From Actinomycetota bacterium (GTDB lineage: Bacteria > Actinomycetota > UBA4738 > JBBDHU01): DNA of 64,000 bases. Location of the stretch: positions 40,342 through 104,341 of the forward strand of contig JBBDIK010000007.1 of NCBI GenBank assembly GCA_040880465.1. Direction: 5' to 3'. The translations under genes and the position numbers were made by a program. A model generated the notes under the pieces. That model was not told where the DNA came from. It saw nothing but the letters and a program-made list of their open reading frames with translations, and made no database searches. Shown here piece by piece: positions 34,881 through 43,963 of this stretch. Each line of letters begins with the position of its first letter. Within the stretch, counting starts at the first letter, position 1.

Positions 34881-35314
34881 AGTACATATGCCCAGGTAGA
34901 GGGCCTAGGAAGAAGTGTGACAAGAACTCGGCTTCTTTCCGTCACCCGGATCACCATCGCCGCGACGCAGATGGTGAGTGCCGATCGTCGCGCACGATCC
35001 GCGAAAGAGATCGCGTGCGAACACGCGACACGAACGCATCACCGGTTCGTGACCCGTCACGGACAACGCGCGCCGCGTCATCGCTCGCGTCCACCGGAAG
35101 CACGGCAGCGCGCAACGACGTCGTGGTGTGGGAACACCGTCGCGAGGGACTGCGCGGCACGACAACGACAGCCACGCGTTGAGAGAGTCCGGGCGCGCCC
35201 CCGTCGCCGCGGGCGGTCGAAGTCGGCGATCCACATGCCGCCGCGCCCCGGCCGAAGCGCGGCCGATCGACATCACGGGTCCGTCAGACGCTGGGCGTGT
35301 GGAACGGACCGCTG

Positions 35315-35854
35315 CTACGCCTCAACCACCCATCGGGCTTGCGCTGCAAGGCACTCGGCGCGTTGCACGCTCATGAAGAACCGGTCGCCCCACCGGCCTT
35401 CCTTGAAGGAACGCTGACGCAACGTAGCCTCCATGACGAACCCACACTTCTCGTACGCGCGGATCGCGGGATCGTTGCCGACAAGTCCCCACAACTCGAC
35501 CTGATGCAGGTCAAGCCGGTCGAACGCGTACGCGAGCAACGTCATGATCGCGTCGGTCCCGAACCCCCTCTCCCGATACGGCGCATCGCCGATGAAGACG
35601 TACAGCGAACAGATGCGATCGCGGCGCCGGAACTGATTCAACCCGATGCGACCGATAGCGACGCCGTCGACCTCGATGACGAACGGGTGCCCTTCGAGTC
35701 GCGCGCTCGCTTCGCTCACCTTGATGTCATCGATCGTGAACGGACGCTCGTAGTCCATCTGGAAGAACACGTCCGGTTCGTTCTGCCACTCGACGATCAG
35801 CGGATAATCGTCTTCCTCGACGGGCCGAAGGACCACGTTCCGGCCGCGGATCAT
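35315..35854 (-). CDS. GNAT N-acetyltransferase (RimJ/RimL-like)
   Basis: YRERGFGTDAI and AIRAYEKCGF motifs. ATGA overlap with the mshA stop. Confidence 0.8.
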   Translation of the reverse strand: MIRGRNVVLRPVEEDDYPLIVEWQNEPDVFFQMDYERPFTIDDIKVSEASARLEGHPFVIEVDGVAIGRIGLNQFRRRDRICSLYVFIGDAPYRERGFGTDAIMTLLAYAFDRLDLHQVELWGLVGNDPAIRAYEKCGFVMEATLRQRSFKEGRWGDRFFMSVQRAECLAAQARWVVEA

Positions 35855-37125
35855 GCCGCCCTTCCTCCCGCCGAGATCTCCCGATAGACCGACAAGATCT
35901 CGCTCGCGGTCGCATCCCACGAGAATCTGATCGAGTGAACGACGCCGGCTTCGCCCATCCGGCGAGCCCCAACCGGATCCGAAAAGAGTGACAAGATCCG
36001 GTCGGCGTAGTCACCGGGATCATGCCCTTGCACGAGGAACCCACTCACGCCGTCCACGACGACGTGCCTGAGACCTCCCGTCGCGGACGCGACGACCGGG
36101 ATGCCCGTGGCCTGCGCTTCCAAGGCGACCAATCCGAAGGATTCGGATCGAGAGGGCACGAGAACGACCTCGGCCGCTGCGTAGAAGTCTGCCAATCGCG
36201 ATTGGGGCTGCGGAGGGAACAGGACCACTCGCTCTGCGACGCCGAGTGCCGAGGCAAGATCCATGAGGTGGGCAACCTCGGCCCCGTGCTCGGTTCCGCT
36301 CGGGCCTCCAACGATGGCCAGCATCAGATCCTGCGTGCCTGCCGGATCGGTCGCGATGGCCTCGGCGATCGCGCGCACGGCGATATCCGGACCCTTGTGC
36401 GCTTGGAGTCGCCCGACGAAGAGCACCAGCCGGCCGCCGGCGAGGTGCAGCCGGGTCTTGGCATTCTCACGGTCCCGCGGGAAGAACAGCTCGTGATCCA
36501 CCCCCGGGGGCACGACCCGGATCCGCTCCGGATCGGCGCCGTAGAGGCCGACGAGTTGCGCGGCCTCGGCCGGGGTCGGGGCCAGGATCCGGTCGGACCC
36601 GAGGATGATGCGCTCCTCCCCGACCAAGCGAGCTTCGGGTTCGACCGACTCGGCCCGCCCACGCAGATGGTTCTTGACCTTGCCGAGGGTGTGGAAGGAC
36701 GCGACCAACGGCACCCCCCAGATCTCCTTCGTACTCCGACCGACCCATCCGGACAGCCAATAGTGGCTGTGGACGATGTCGTACCCTTCCCCTTCGCGCC
36801 GCTCATGTTCGAGCACCCCGCCGAGGAACGCCGGGAGGAACCGGGGAAGATCGGGCTTCGGTACGTGCACGCGAGGACCTGCAACGACCTTGATCATCCG
36901 GTTGCCGGGGCCGACCTCGAGAACCTCTGGGCCCGCCTGACCGCCATCCCGCGTGAAGACGTCGACCTCCATACCCTGGCCTGCCAGCCGCTCGGCGACG
37001 GCGCGGATGTAGACGTTCATCCCGCCGGAGTCACCGGTCCCGGGCTGATCCAGGGGCGACGTGTGGAAGCTGATGATCGCCGCACGCGGCCGCTCGTGCT
37101 TGCGCTGCTTGCCGTCCTGCTCCAT
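35851..37125 (-). CDS. mshA: D-inositol-3-phosphate glycosyltransferase (mycothiol biosynthesis), GT4
   Basis: FHTSPLDQPGTGDSGGMNVY signature and a C-terminal E-x7-E GT4 region. Confidence 0.85.
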   Translation of the reverse strand: MEQDGKQRKHERPRAAIISFHTSPLDQPGTGDSGGMNVYIRAVAERLAGQGMEVDVFTRDGGQAGPEVLEVGPGNRMIKVVAGPRVHVPKPDLPRFLPAFLGGVLEHERREGEGYDIVHSHYWLSGWVGRSTKEIWGVPLVASFHTLGKVKNHLRGRAESVEPEARLVGEERIILGSDRILAPTPAEAAQLVGLYGADPERIRVVPPGVDHELFFPRDRENAKTRLHLAGGRLVLFVGRLQAHKGPDIAVRAIAEAIATDPAGTQDLMLAIVGGPSGTEHGAEVAHLMDLASALGVAERVVLFPPQPQSRLADFYAAAEVVLVPSRSESFGLVALEAQATGIPVVASATGGLRHVVVDGVSGFLVQGHDPGDYADRILSLFSDPVGARRMGEAGVVHSIRFSWDATASEILSVYREISAGGRAA

Positions 37126-37152
37126 CCCATGAACTGTACCCCTGGGTCGGAG

Positions 37153-37929
37153 TTAGATCCGCGTAGCACGGACCGGGGAACCCGTGCCTGAGCTGCCCTT
37201 CGCAGAACCGACCGCCGCAGCGGGGGCCGGTGAACCGTCCTTCGTCAGCCGCAGGAACGCATCAACGACCCCCGGGTCGAACTGACTACCCCTGCCCCGT
37301 GTCAGCTCCTCGAAGGCCTCTCCCTCGGCCATCGCCCGGCGGTACGGGCGATCGCTGGTCATCGCGTCGAACGCGTCGACGACGGAGAAGATCCGCGCCG
37401 GTAGGGGGATCAACTCTCCGTTCAGGCCCGACGGATAGCCCGTACCGTCGAACCGTTCGTGGTGGTACATGATCACCTGCGCAGCGTCGCCCAAGAACGT
37501 CATCGGCCGCACCAGCTCGGCTCCGAGCAACGGATGCCGGCGCATCTCGAACCATTCCTCGTCGGTCAGGGGTCCCTCCTTCGCGAGGATCTGCTCCGGG
37601 ATCCCCATGACCCCGATGTCATGGAGGAGGAACCCGGCGCTCAGGTCGGCTGCATCGGCGAGCTCCGGCTCGACCTGCCGGGTGAGCTCCATCGCGAGAT
37701 CGCGTAGGCGTTCGAGGTGCCCCCCTTCCTTCGACGGCTCACGTACCTCGACCAACGACGCCAGCGTCTGGATCGTGGACGCATGGGTTTCCTCGAGTTC
37801 CCTCAGGGCCCGCTTCAGCTCATCACTGTGGAGTCGCTGGGACCGATACAGATCCCCGAACTCTTTCGCGAACACGACAAGCTGTTCCTGCAGCGGTTGT
37901 TCAGGTCCGTATGCGGTGGGGTCGTCCAT
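37153..37929 (-). CDS. HD-GYP domain phosphohydrolase (putative c-di-GMP phosphodiesterase)
   Basis: LLHDIG, HHERFDGTGYP and DAFDAMTSDRPYR motifs. Internal ATG at 37929. Confidence 0.85.
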   Translation of the reverse strand: MDDPTAYGPEQPLQEQLVVFAKEFGDLYRSQRLHSDELKRALRELEETHASTIQTLASLVEVREPSKEGGHLERLRDLAMELTRQVEPELADAADLSAGFLLHDIGVMGIPEQILAKEGPLTDEEWFEMRRHPLLGAELVRPMTFLGDAAQVIMYHHERFDGTGYPSGLNGELIPLPARIFSVVDAFDAMTSDRPYRRAMAEGEAFEELTRGRGSQFDPGVVDAFLRLTKDGSPAPAAAVGSAKGSSGTGSPVRATRI

Positions 37930-38116
37930 GGAGGCACCCTGTCTCCGGTCGCCCTGCAAGGGGATGATGCGGTTGCGCTTCAGCCTGGCCCGAACGGATG
38001 GTGCGGTCCATAGACAGTCCGGATGAGTTCTGCGTGGCGAAACGTGACCAGGAACGGGTCGGCCGGACTGCGAGCCTGCCGTGGTCAAGCGGGGGACGAA
38101 GCGTCGGCCGTTGGCC

Positions 38117-38665
38117 CTATCCGCGGAGCCCCTCGGCGGCCAGCCGGTCCCGGTAGCGGCGCTTGACCTCCTCCTGGAGAGCGTCGTGAAGGTCCAGCAC
38201 CCTGCGACGCGTGTCCGACACGCCCCGCTCCTCGGTTTCCAGACTCTCGATGGCAGCTTCCAGGTCGTCGTCCGAGAGCGCTCCCGGGTTAGAGAAAGCG
38301 GCGGTGTTGAGGATCCGCTCGACGCGCCGCCTGGCGAGCGTCATCTCTTCCTCGGGCAACTCGACACGGAGGGCCTCGCCGCGACCCGGCCCCTGCGGGG
38401 TTTCCTGGGCGAAGAGCTCGGCAAGCTTCTCCTCGATCGGCCGCTCATCGAGGCTGCGTCCCTCCGCCCTCGCCGCATGCTGATCCTTGAGGATCTCGAG
38501 CCGCCCCTGCAGCAGCCGGCGCAAGTACGAGAGGAACTCTCGCTCGGCGAGGCAATCGTCTCGGCGTTCGCGAACCTCCTCGATGGGGAGGTCTCCAAGC
38601 CCGTCCCCGAACCCCGGTTCCAGGATCCGGTCGAGTCGGCGCCGCCTCTGGTCGTCCGTGTTCAC
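38117..38665 (-). CDS. coiled-coil protein resembling the c-di-GMP-binding anti-sigma factor RsiG
   Basis: Two helices with partial E-x3-S-x2-R-x3-Q-x3-D motifs: EFLSYLRRLLQGRLE and ERGVSDTRRRVLDLHD. GTG start chosen at 38665; the ORF track extends to 38728. Confidence 0.4.
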   Translation of the reverse strand: MNTDDQRRRRLDRILEPGFGDGLGDLPIEEVRERRDDCLAEREFLSYLRRLLQGRLEILKDQHAARAEGRSLDERPIEEKLAELFAQETPQGPGRGEALRVELPEEEMTLARRRVERILNTAAFSNPGALSDDDLEAAIESLETEERGVSDTRRRVLDLHDALQEEVKRRYRDRLAAEGLRG

Positions 38666-38747
38666 GCCCACAGTATGTCTGGTTCGGCAGGCGACGGCGA
38701 ATCCTTGAGCGACCGAGCCGGAGCCCACCGCGCCGGGAGCCGGAACC

Positions 38748-39842
38748 TCAGCAGACTTGGAGCAGGTATGGGTAGGGATTCACGGCGCCGCCCCCACCCG
38801 GGTAGTAGCCGAAGTGCAGGTGGTTCGTCCCAGCGGCGTTCCCGGTGTCCCCGACGTAGCCGATGATCGTGCCCGCCGAGACCGAGCCGGAAGCGTTCGA
38901 ATATCCGTTCATGTGCGCGTAGTACGTGCGGTCGCCGTTGGACGCCGTAACCGTCGCGGTGATCCCTCCGAGGGGGTCGCCGCCGTGCGCGACCGAGCCC
39001 GACTGAGCGGCGGCGACGGGGGTACCCTTGGCGGCCAGCAAGTCGGTCCCCTCGTGCGTGCGGCCCCCGGAACGCGGATCGCCCCATGAGTCGGTGAAGG
39101 AGTTGCCGCCCGCCACCGGACATGCCCCGAAGGGACTCCCGCCGGATGGCGGAGGTGCCCCTCCTCCGCCTCCTCCTCCAGACGTCTCTTCCTCAGCCGC
39201 CGCCTGCGCGGCAACCTTCTCGGCTGCGCGTTCGGCGGCACGTTCGGCGGCGAGCTGCTCGCGGTACCGTTGCTCGAGATCCTCCAACTCGGCGTTCAAT
39301 TGTTCGATCTTCGCGGCGACGTCCTGCTTCTGCTGTTCGAGGTCCTCGAGAGCCTGCTCCTGTTCGGCCGTCAGGGCGGCGAGGTCATCTTGGCGCCACT
39401 CGAGCTCTTGACGCGTATCTGCGGTCCGGGTGACCAACCCCTGATCCGCCTCCGCGAGACGGTCCAGGAAGAAGACCCGATCCGAGAACTCGTTGAAGTC
39501 TCCGCCTGTGAAGATCGCGGAAAGCGTCGTCCCCGGGCCGTTCACGTAGGCGACCCGGACATGGTCACCGAGCTGCTGCTCCAGCCCGTCGAGCCGTTCC
39601 CTCGTTTCATCGACGGTGGCCTTGGTCTCGCTGAGCTGGTCCTGGATCTCGGCCAGCCTCGCCTCCGCGTCCGAATAGGCCGCGGTCGCGGCGTCCAGGG
39701 CATCCTGCGCCTCCGCGATCTGGGCACGCTTGGCCTCGAGGTCGGCCTCGGTGATCGCGGCGGCGGGGGTTGCCATCATCGCCCCGGCGACCAGGGCCAG
39801 CACGAGCGGAACTATGGGGAGTTTTCGGGGGCTTACCTTCAC
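38748..39842 (-). CDS. secreted M23 family metallopeptidase with an N-terminal coiled coil
   Basis: Signal peptide, a long Ala/Glu coiled coil, HEGTDL, and a GTNHLHFG (HxH) M23 catalytic motif. Confidence 0.85.
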   Translation of the reverse strand: MKVSPRKLPIVPLVLALVAGAMMATPAAAITEADLEAKRAQIAEAQDALDAATAAYSDAEARLAEIQDQLSETKATVDETRERLDGLEQQLGDHVRVAYVNGPGTTLSAIFTGGDFNEFSDRVFFLDRLAEADQGLVTRTADTRQELEWRQDDLAALTAEQEQALEDLEQQKQDVAAKIEQLNAELEDLEQRYREQLAAERAAERAAEKVAAQAAAEEETSGGGGGGGAPPPSGGSPFGACPVAGGNSFTDSWGDPRSGGRTHEGTDLLAAKGTPVAAAQSGSVAHGGDPLGGITATVTASNGDRTYYAHMNGYSNASGSVSAGTIIGYVGDTGNAAGTNHLHFGYYPGGGGAVNPYPYLLQVC

Positions 39843-39951
39843 GACATCCCTCTCATGGGGGAGCGTTCACGGTCCCTCAAGGCTACTAGCGGACCTGGGA
39901 AGGGGCAAAGACCCCGGTCAGCGTGCGGGGAACCCCGGATAGGATGCGCGC

Positions 39952-40506
39952 ATGCCTGCCGAGGGACCGTCCGCCCGCCGCTCGCCGCTGGACGGCGAAC
40001 TGATCCGGTTGCGCGCGCTGACGGAGGCGGACGCCGAACCCCTGAACCCGAAGTTCAGTGACCTGGACGTGCTCCTCGGCCTCGGGAAGATCCCGTTCCC
40101 CCAATCGCTCGACGGGTTCCGCGAGTTCGTCCGGCGCCAAAGCGAGGACGACACCCAGATCCATCTCGTCATCGAGACCCTCGACGGCTGCCCGATCGGC
40201 ATCTGCGGCCTGATGGATCTGGACCGGCACTCCCGCCAAGGGAAGGCGGGGATCTGGATCGCCCGGGATCACTGGAACGCAGGTGCCGGGACCGACGCGA
40301 TGCGCACGCTCTGCCGTTGGGGGTTCGGCGAACTGAACCTGCATCGGATCTGGCTCCTCGTTCACTCAACGAACCCTAGGGCGATACGCGCCTACGAGAA
40401 GGTCGGTTTCGTGAAGGAAGGAACCCAGCGTGACGACCACTTCATCGACGGACGGTTCATCGACACGCATGTCATGGGCTTGCTCGAGCACGAATCCGAT
40501 GGATAG
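39952..40506 (+). CDS. GNAT N-acetyltransferase (RimJ/RimL-like)
   Basis: WNAGAGTDAMR and AIRAYEKVGF motifs. Confidence 0.8.
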   Translation: MPAEGPSARRSPLDGELIRLRALTEADAEPLNPKFSDLDVLLGLGKIPFPQSLDGFREFVRRQSEDDTQIHLVIETLDGCPIGICGLMDLDRHSRQGKAGIWIARDHWNAGAGTDAMRTLCRWGFGELNLHRIWLLVHSTNPRAIRAYEKVGFVKEGTQRDDHFIDGRFIDTHVMGLLEHESDG

Positions 40507-40885
40507 GCAACCGATGGAGCCGAGGCGCGTCGACAAGCCGTGGGGCCATGAGGTCATCTGGGCCGATACGCCCGCCTATGTCGGGAAGATCTTGGTCATC
40601 GAAGCGGGCAAGCGACTCTCGCTGCAGTACCACGAGGTCAAGGACGAAACGATCCTGGTGATCTCCGGACGCCTCCGGCTGCACCTGGCCGACGAGGGCG
40701 GCGAGGCCGGCGAGGTTGCCGTGACCGTGCTCGGACCGGGCGAGTCACGCCACGTTCCGCCCCGAGCCGTTCACCGATACGAGGCCATCGAGCGCACGGA
40801 ACTCGCGGAGGTTTCGACGCCGGAACTCGACGACGTCGTCAGGGTCGAGGACGACTTCGGTCGCGAGGGGACCAGCGAAGCCTAA
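40499..40885 (+). CDS. cupin-domain protein (mannose-6-phosphate isomerase type II C-terminal-like)
   Basis: KPWGHEVIWA, SLQYHEVKDE and VHRYEA cupin motifs. The ATG overlaps the end of the GNAT gene. Confidence 0.75.
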   Translation: MDRQPMEPRRVDKPWGHEVIWADTPAYVGKILVIEAGKRLSLQYHEVKDETILVISGRLRLHLADEGGEAGEVAVTVLGPGESRHVPPRAVHRYEAIERTELAEVSTPELDDVVRVEDDFGREGTSEA

Positions 40886-41382
40886 GCCTCCCTCGTCCCC
40901 TCGGTTTCGCCCTGCAATCCCCGTATCCACTCGAGCGCCACCATGTCCTTGGGCCGGCGTGACGCGCGCTTCATCCGCGCGAGGTCATCGAGAGAGGCCA
41001 CCCTGACGGTCGCCACCCCGATCCCTTCGTCGCTCGCCCCGGCGTTCAGGTCATCGAAGCCGAACGTGCCGCTGGGGGTCGCGAGACAGTCGAGGGAACC
41101 CTTGTCAGTAACGAACGTGAACGAGTCCCCGGCGAGAAGCGTCTTCCGGTCGAGTTGGAACGGCACCTCCTCGTCGACGCCTCGAAGTCTCGCGCGCAGT
41201 TCGATCAAGGCGTCGCACAAGCGACTGAGGTTCTCCGTCTCCCGGGAGTAGCAGATATCTAGATCACCGGTGAGCATCGGCGAGCCACGGAGGGCGGCTG
41301 CATATCCGCCGATCAAGACGAACCGGACCTTGTGATCCAGCAGCGTCAGGAGCATGCCGATCGGATCGAAACTCGAGGTCAT
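40882..41382 (-). CDS. minimal nucleotidyltransferase-fold protein
   Basis: GGYAAALRGSPMLTGDLDI contains the G-S...D-x-D NTase signature. ATGA overlap with the upstream HTH gene. Confidence 0.6.
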   Translation of the reverse strand: MTSSFDPIGMLLTLLDHKVRFVLIGGYAAALRGSPMLTGDLDICYSRETENLSRLCDALIELRARLRGVDEEVPFQLDRKTLLAGDSFTFVTDKGSLDCLATPSGTFGFDDLNAGASDEGIGVATVRVASLDDLARMKRASRRPKDMVALEWIRGLQGETEGTREA

Positions 41383-41696
41383 CCGGCCCTCCTGAACGGA
41401 GCCGTCCGCTCCCATTCCTCAGCCGCCCGAACCGCGCGCTGCTCGGGCGTCCACGAAAGCCACTCCCGGATCAGGGACCGGTCAACGTCGTCCTCTCGGG
41501 CCTGGTCCTCGACCACCAGTTCCATCCCGCATGCCTCCAGCAACCGGTCAAGTGTGTCGAACGTAGGGACCGTCTTGCCGCGCTCGATCCGGGACACCGT
41601 GGGCTGCGGCACGCCGGCCAGTTCCGCGAGCTCACGCTGGGTGAGCCCGGCCCTACGCCGGGCCATGTTCAGGATCCGGTCGACCTTCATGCCCAT
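41379..41696 (-). CDS. XRE-family helix-turn-helix protein
   Basis: AGLTQRELAELAGVPQPTVSRIERGK. Confidence 0.8.
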   Translation of the reverse strand: MGMKVDRILNMARRRAGLTQRELAELAGVPQPTVSRIERGKTVPTFDTLDRLLEACGMELVVEDQAREDDVDRSLIREWLSWTPEQRAVRAAEEWERTAPFRRAG

Positions 41697-41787
41697 CGTG
41701 CAGGAAGTATATCACTTACGCTATACCCGATGATAGCTATTCGCCTATCGACGCGGACAGTCCGCAGCCTCCAGAAGGTCCTGCCGG

Positions 41788-42966
41788 CTACTTCCTCTGC
41801 ATCGCCTCGATGAGGATGTCGGCCACTTCGGGACGGCTGAACTCCTGCGGAGGACGCTCCCCGTTGCCCAGCATCTCGCGCACCTTGGTGCCCGACAGGA
41901 ACACGCGGTCCTCGGCGCCGTGCGGACAGGTCTTCGCCGAGCCCATGCCCTCGCACTTGTTGCACCAGAAGGAGTGCTCGAAGTTCAGGGTCTGGATGCC
42001 GAGTTCACCGGGCTCGAACTCCTCGAAGATCTGCTGTGCGTCGTAGGTACCGTAGTAATCGCCGACGCCCGCGTGGTCACGACCCACGATGAAGTGCGTG
42101 CAGCCGTAGTTCTTGCGGGCGATCGCGTGCCAGATAGCCTCACGTGGCCCTGCGTAACGCATCGCGGCTGGGAACACGCTGACCATGGCACGGTCCTTCG
42201 GGTAGTAGCCCTCGAAGAGCGCCTCGTAACAGCGCATCCGCACGTCGGGTGGCACGTCATCCGACTTGGTCGCACCCATCAGCGGATGAACCAGGAGCCC
42301 ATCCACGATCTCGAGCGCGCATTTCTGCAGGTACTCGTGCGCGCGGTGGATCGGGTTGCGCGTCTGGAACCCGACCACGGTCCTCCAGCCTCGCTCCTGG
42401 AACGCCGCCCGCGTCTGAGCTGGCGTCATCCGGTACTCCAGGAAGTCCTCGTATACCGGGAGGGACAGAACCTGAAGCGGCCCGGCGATGCAGTAGTCGC
42501 CCGCGGCGTAGACGGCCGCGACCCCGGGGTGTTCCTGGTCCTCGGTCCGATAGACGTTGATCGACTCGGAGGAACGGTCGCGCTTGTAGATCTCTTCGAC
42601 CGTGATGATGGCGAGCGGCTCGTCGGACCCTTCACGGACCAGCACGACCCGCTCGGAGCCTCCGATGCGCTTCACGTCTTCGTCGGTGGCACTCAGGGTC
42701 ACGGGGATCGCCCAGGCGAGACCGCTCGTCAGGTGCATGGTTTCGAGCACGCTGCGGTAGTCGGCTTCGTTCTGGAAGCCGGTCAGGGGTGAGAGGGCGC
42801 CGGTCGCGAGCATCTCCAGGTCGGAGGTCTCCCTCTCGTTCACCGTGAGCTTCGGCAGGTTGCCGGCCTCGGCCCTGAGTGCGTCTGCGTCGGAGGCGGA
42901 AACGAGCAGGTCAACGAGGGTGCCGCCGTGCGGCTCGATGGGGAGGTTCGGGTTGAACGCGGACAT
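41788..42966 (-). CDS. sat: sulfate adenylyltransferase (ATP sulfurylase)
   Basis: Internal ATG at 42966. Motifs QTRNPIHRAHE and GRDHAGVG. Confidence 0.9.
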   Translation of the reverse strand: MSAFNPNLPIEPHGGTLVDLLVSASDADALRAEAGNLPKLTVNERETSDLEMLATGALSPLTGFQNEADYRSVLETMHLTSGLAWAIPVTLSATDEDVKRIGGSERVVLVREGSDEPLAIITVEEIYKRDRSSESINVYRTEDQEHPGVAAVYAAGDYCIAGPLQVLSLPVYEDFLEYRMTPAQTRAAFQERGWRTVVGFQTRNPIHRAHEYLQKCALEIVDGLLVHPLMGATKSDDVPPDVRMRCYEALFEGYYPKDRAMVSVFPAAMRYAGPREAIWHAIARKNYGCTHFIVGRDHAGVGDYYGTYDAQQIFEEFEPGELGIQTLNFEHSFWCNKCEGMGSAKTCPHGAEDRVFLSGTKVREMLGNGERPPQEFSRPEVADILIEAMQRK

Positions 42967-43027
42967 GCCTGAACGCCTTTCGGGTCGGGTTTCGACCGTC
43001 AGCATACCGGGCGAACGACACTCCCGG

Positions 43028-43963
43028 TTAGGCGACGACCCAAAGAGCGTCGCGGACGAGCTGGACATCGAGGGCTTCGAACTCGCCCACGTATTCTCCG
43101 TCGAGCTGGACCGGGAACGCGCGTGGCGAGGCGATCTCGATGCGCTCGACGTCGTGCTCGTACTGGACGTACCGGCTCCGCTCGAGGTTGCCGCCGACGA
43201 ACAGCTCGTAGGTGATCTTCGGGCCCGCGATCCGCGGCAACTCCTGGATGGCGAGGACATCGAGTCCCTTCATGAGCTCCGCGCGCGGGTGCACCTTGAG
43301 GCCCCAACTCTTGAAGAACGCGTAGGGATGCGCCTTGGCGATCATGACCGAGACGGCCGTGAGCTGGAGATGTTCGTCGATCCGCAACGTCAGGTCCCGC
43401 GACTGCCGCCCGATGTAGCGGTTGGCCTCGGTCATCGCAGCGAAGAACGCCTCACGCTCATGCCCGACCTTCGACCGCGGCGCGCGGCGCTCGACCTTGC
43501 GCATGACCGCCGCGTCCAGCCCGATCCCGCAGTTCATCACGAAGATGCGGTCGTTGGCGCTTCCGACCGGGATGCGCCGCGCCCGGCCGGCTATCGCCAG
43601 CTCGATCAGCTGCCCGGTGGCCTCGATCGGGTCGTTCGGGATCCCCAGGATGCGGGCGTAGACGTTCGTGGCGCCGCCCGGGATAATCCCCAGCGCCACC
43701 TCGGAACCGGACAGGCCGTTGACCACTTCATTGATGGTGCCGTCGCCGCTGAAGACGACGACGATCTCGAACCCGGCGTCGATGGCCTCGTGGCCGACTT
43801 CAGCGCCGTGCCCCCGGCCCGCGGTGTGACGCAGCTCCACTTCGAAATCGGTGGCGAGCGCTCGCCGGATCACCTCGACCGTCGAACGCGAGTAGCTCCG
43901 CGCGCGAGGATTAACCAGGAAGAGGAGGCGACGAGCGGCACTCGAGCCCCGGCGAGGGCTCAT
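43028..43963 (-). CDS. diacylglycerol/lipid kinase family protein (DAGK catalytic domain)
   Basis: VVFSGDGTINEVVNGL and IIPGGATN motifs. The internal ATG at 43963 overlaps the upstream stop. Confidence 0.8.
   Translation of the reverse strand: MSPRRGSSAARRLLFLVNPRARSYSRSTVEVIRRALATDFEVELRHTAGRGHGAEVGHEAIDAGFEIVVVFSGDGTINEVVNGLSGSEVALGIIPGGATNVYARILGIPNDPIEATGQLIELAIAGRARRIPVGSANDRIFVMNCGIGLDAAVMRKVERRAPRSKVGHEREAFFAAMTEANRYIGRQSRDLTLRIDEHLQLTAVSVMIAKAHPYAFFKSWGLKVHPRAELMKGLDVLAIQELPRIAGPKITYELFVGGNLERSRYVQYEHDVERIEIASPRAFPVQLDGEYVGEFEALDVQLVRDALWVVA

Noticed and set aside
34617-35417. 266-aa plus-strand ORF, plus several 60-120-aa ORFs, inside the proC upstream region
   Set aside because: Extremely Arg/Pro/Ser-rich, with no start context or motif. 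It runs into the end of the GNAT gene on the opposite strand. I treated the region as non-coding.
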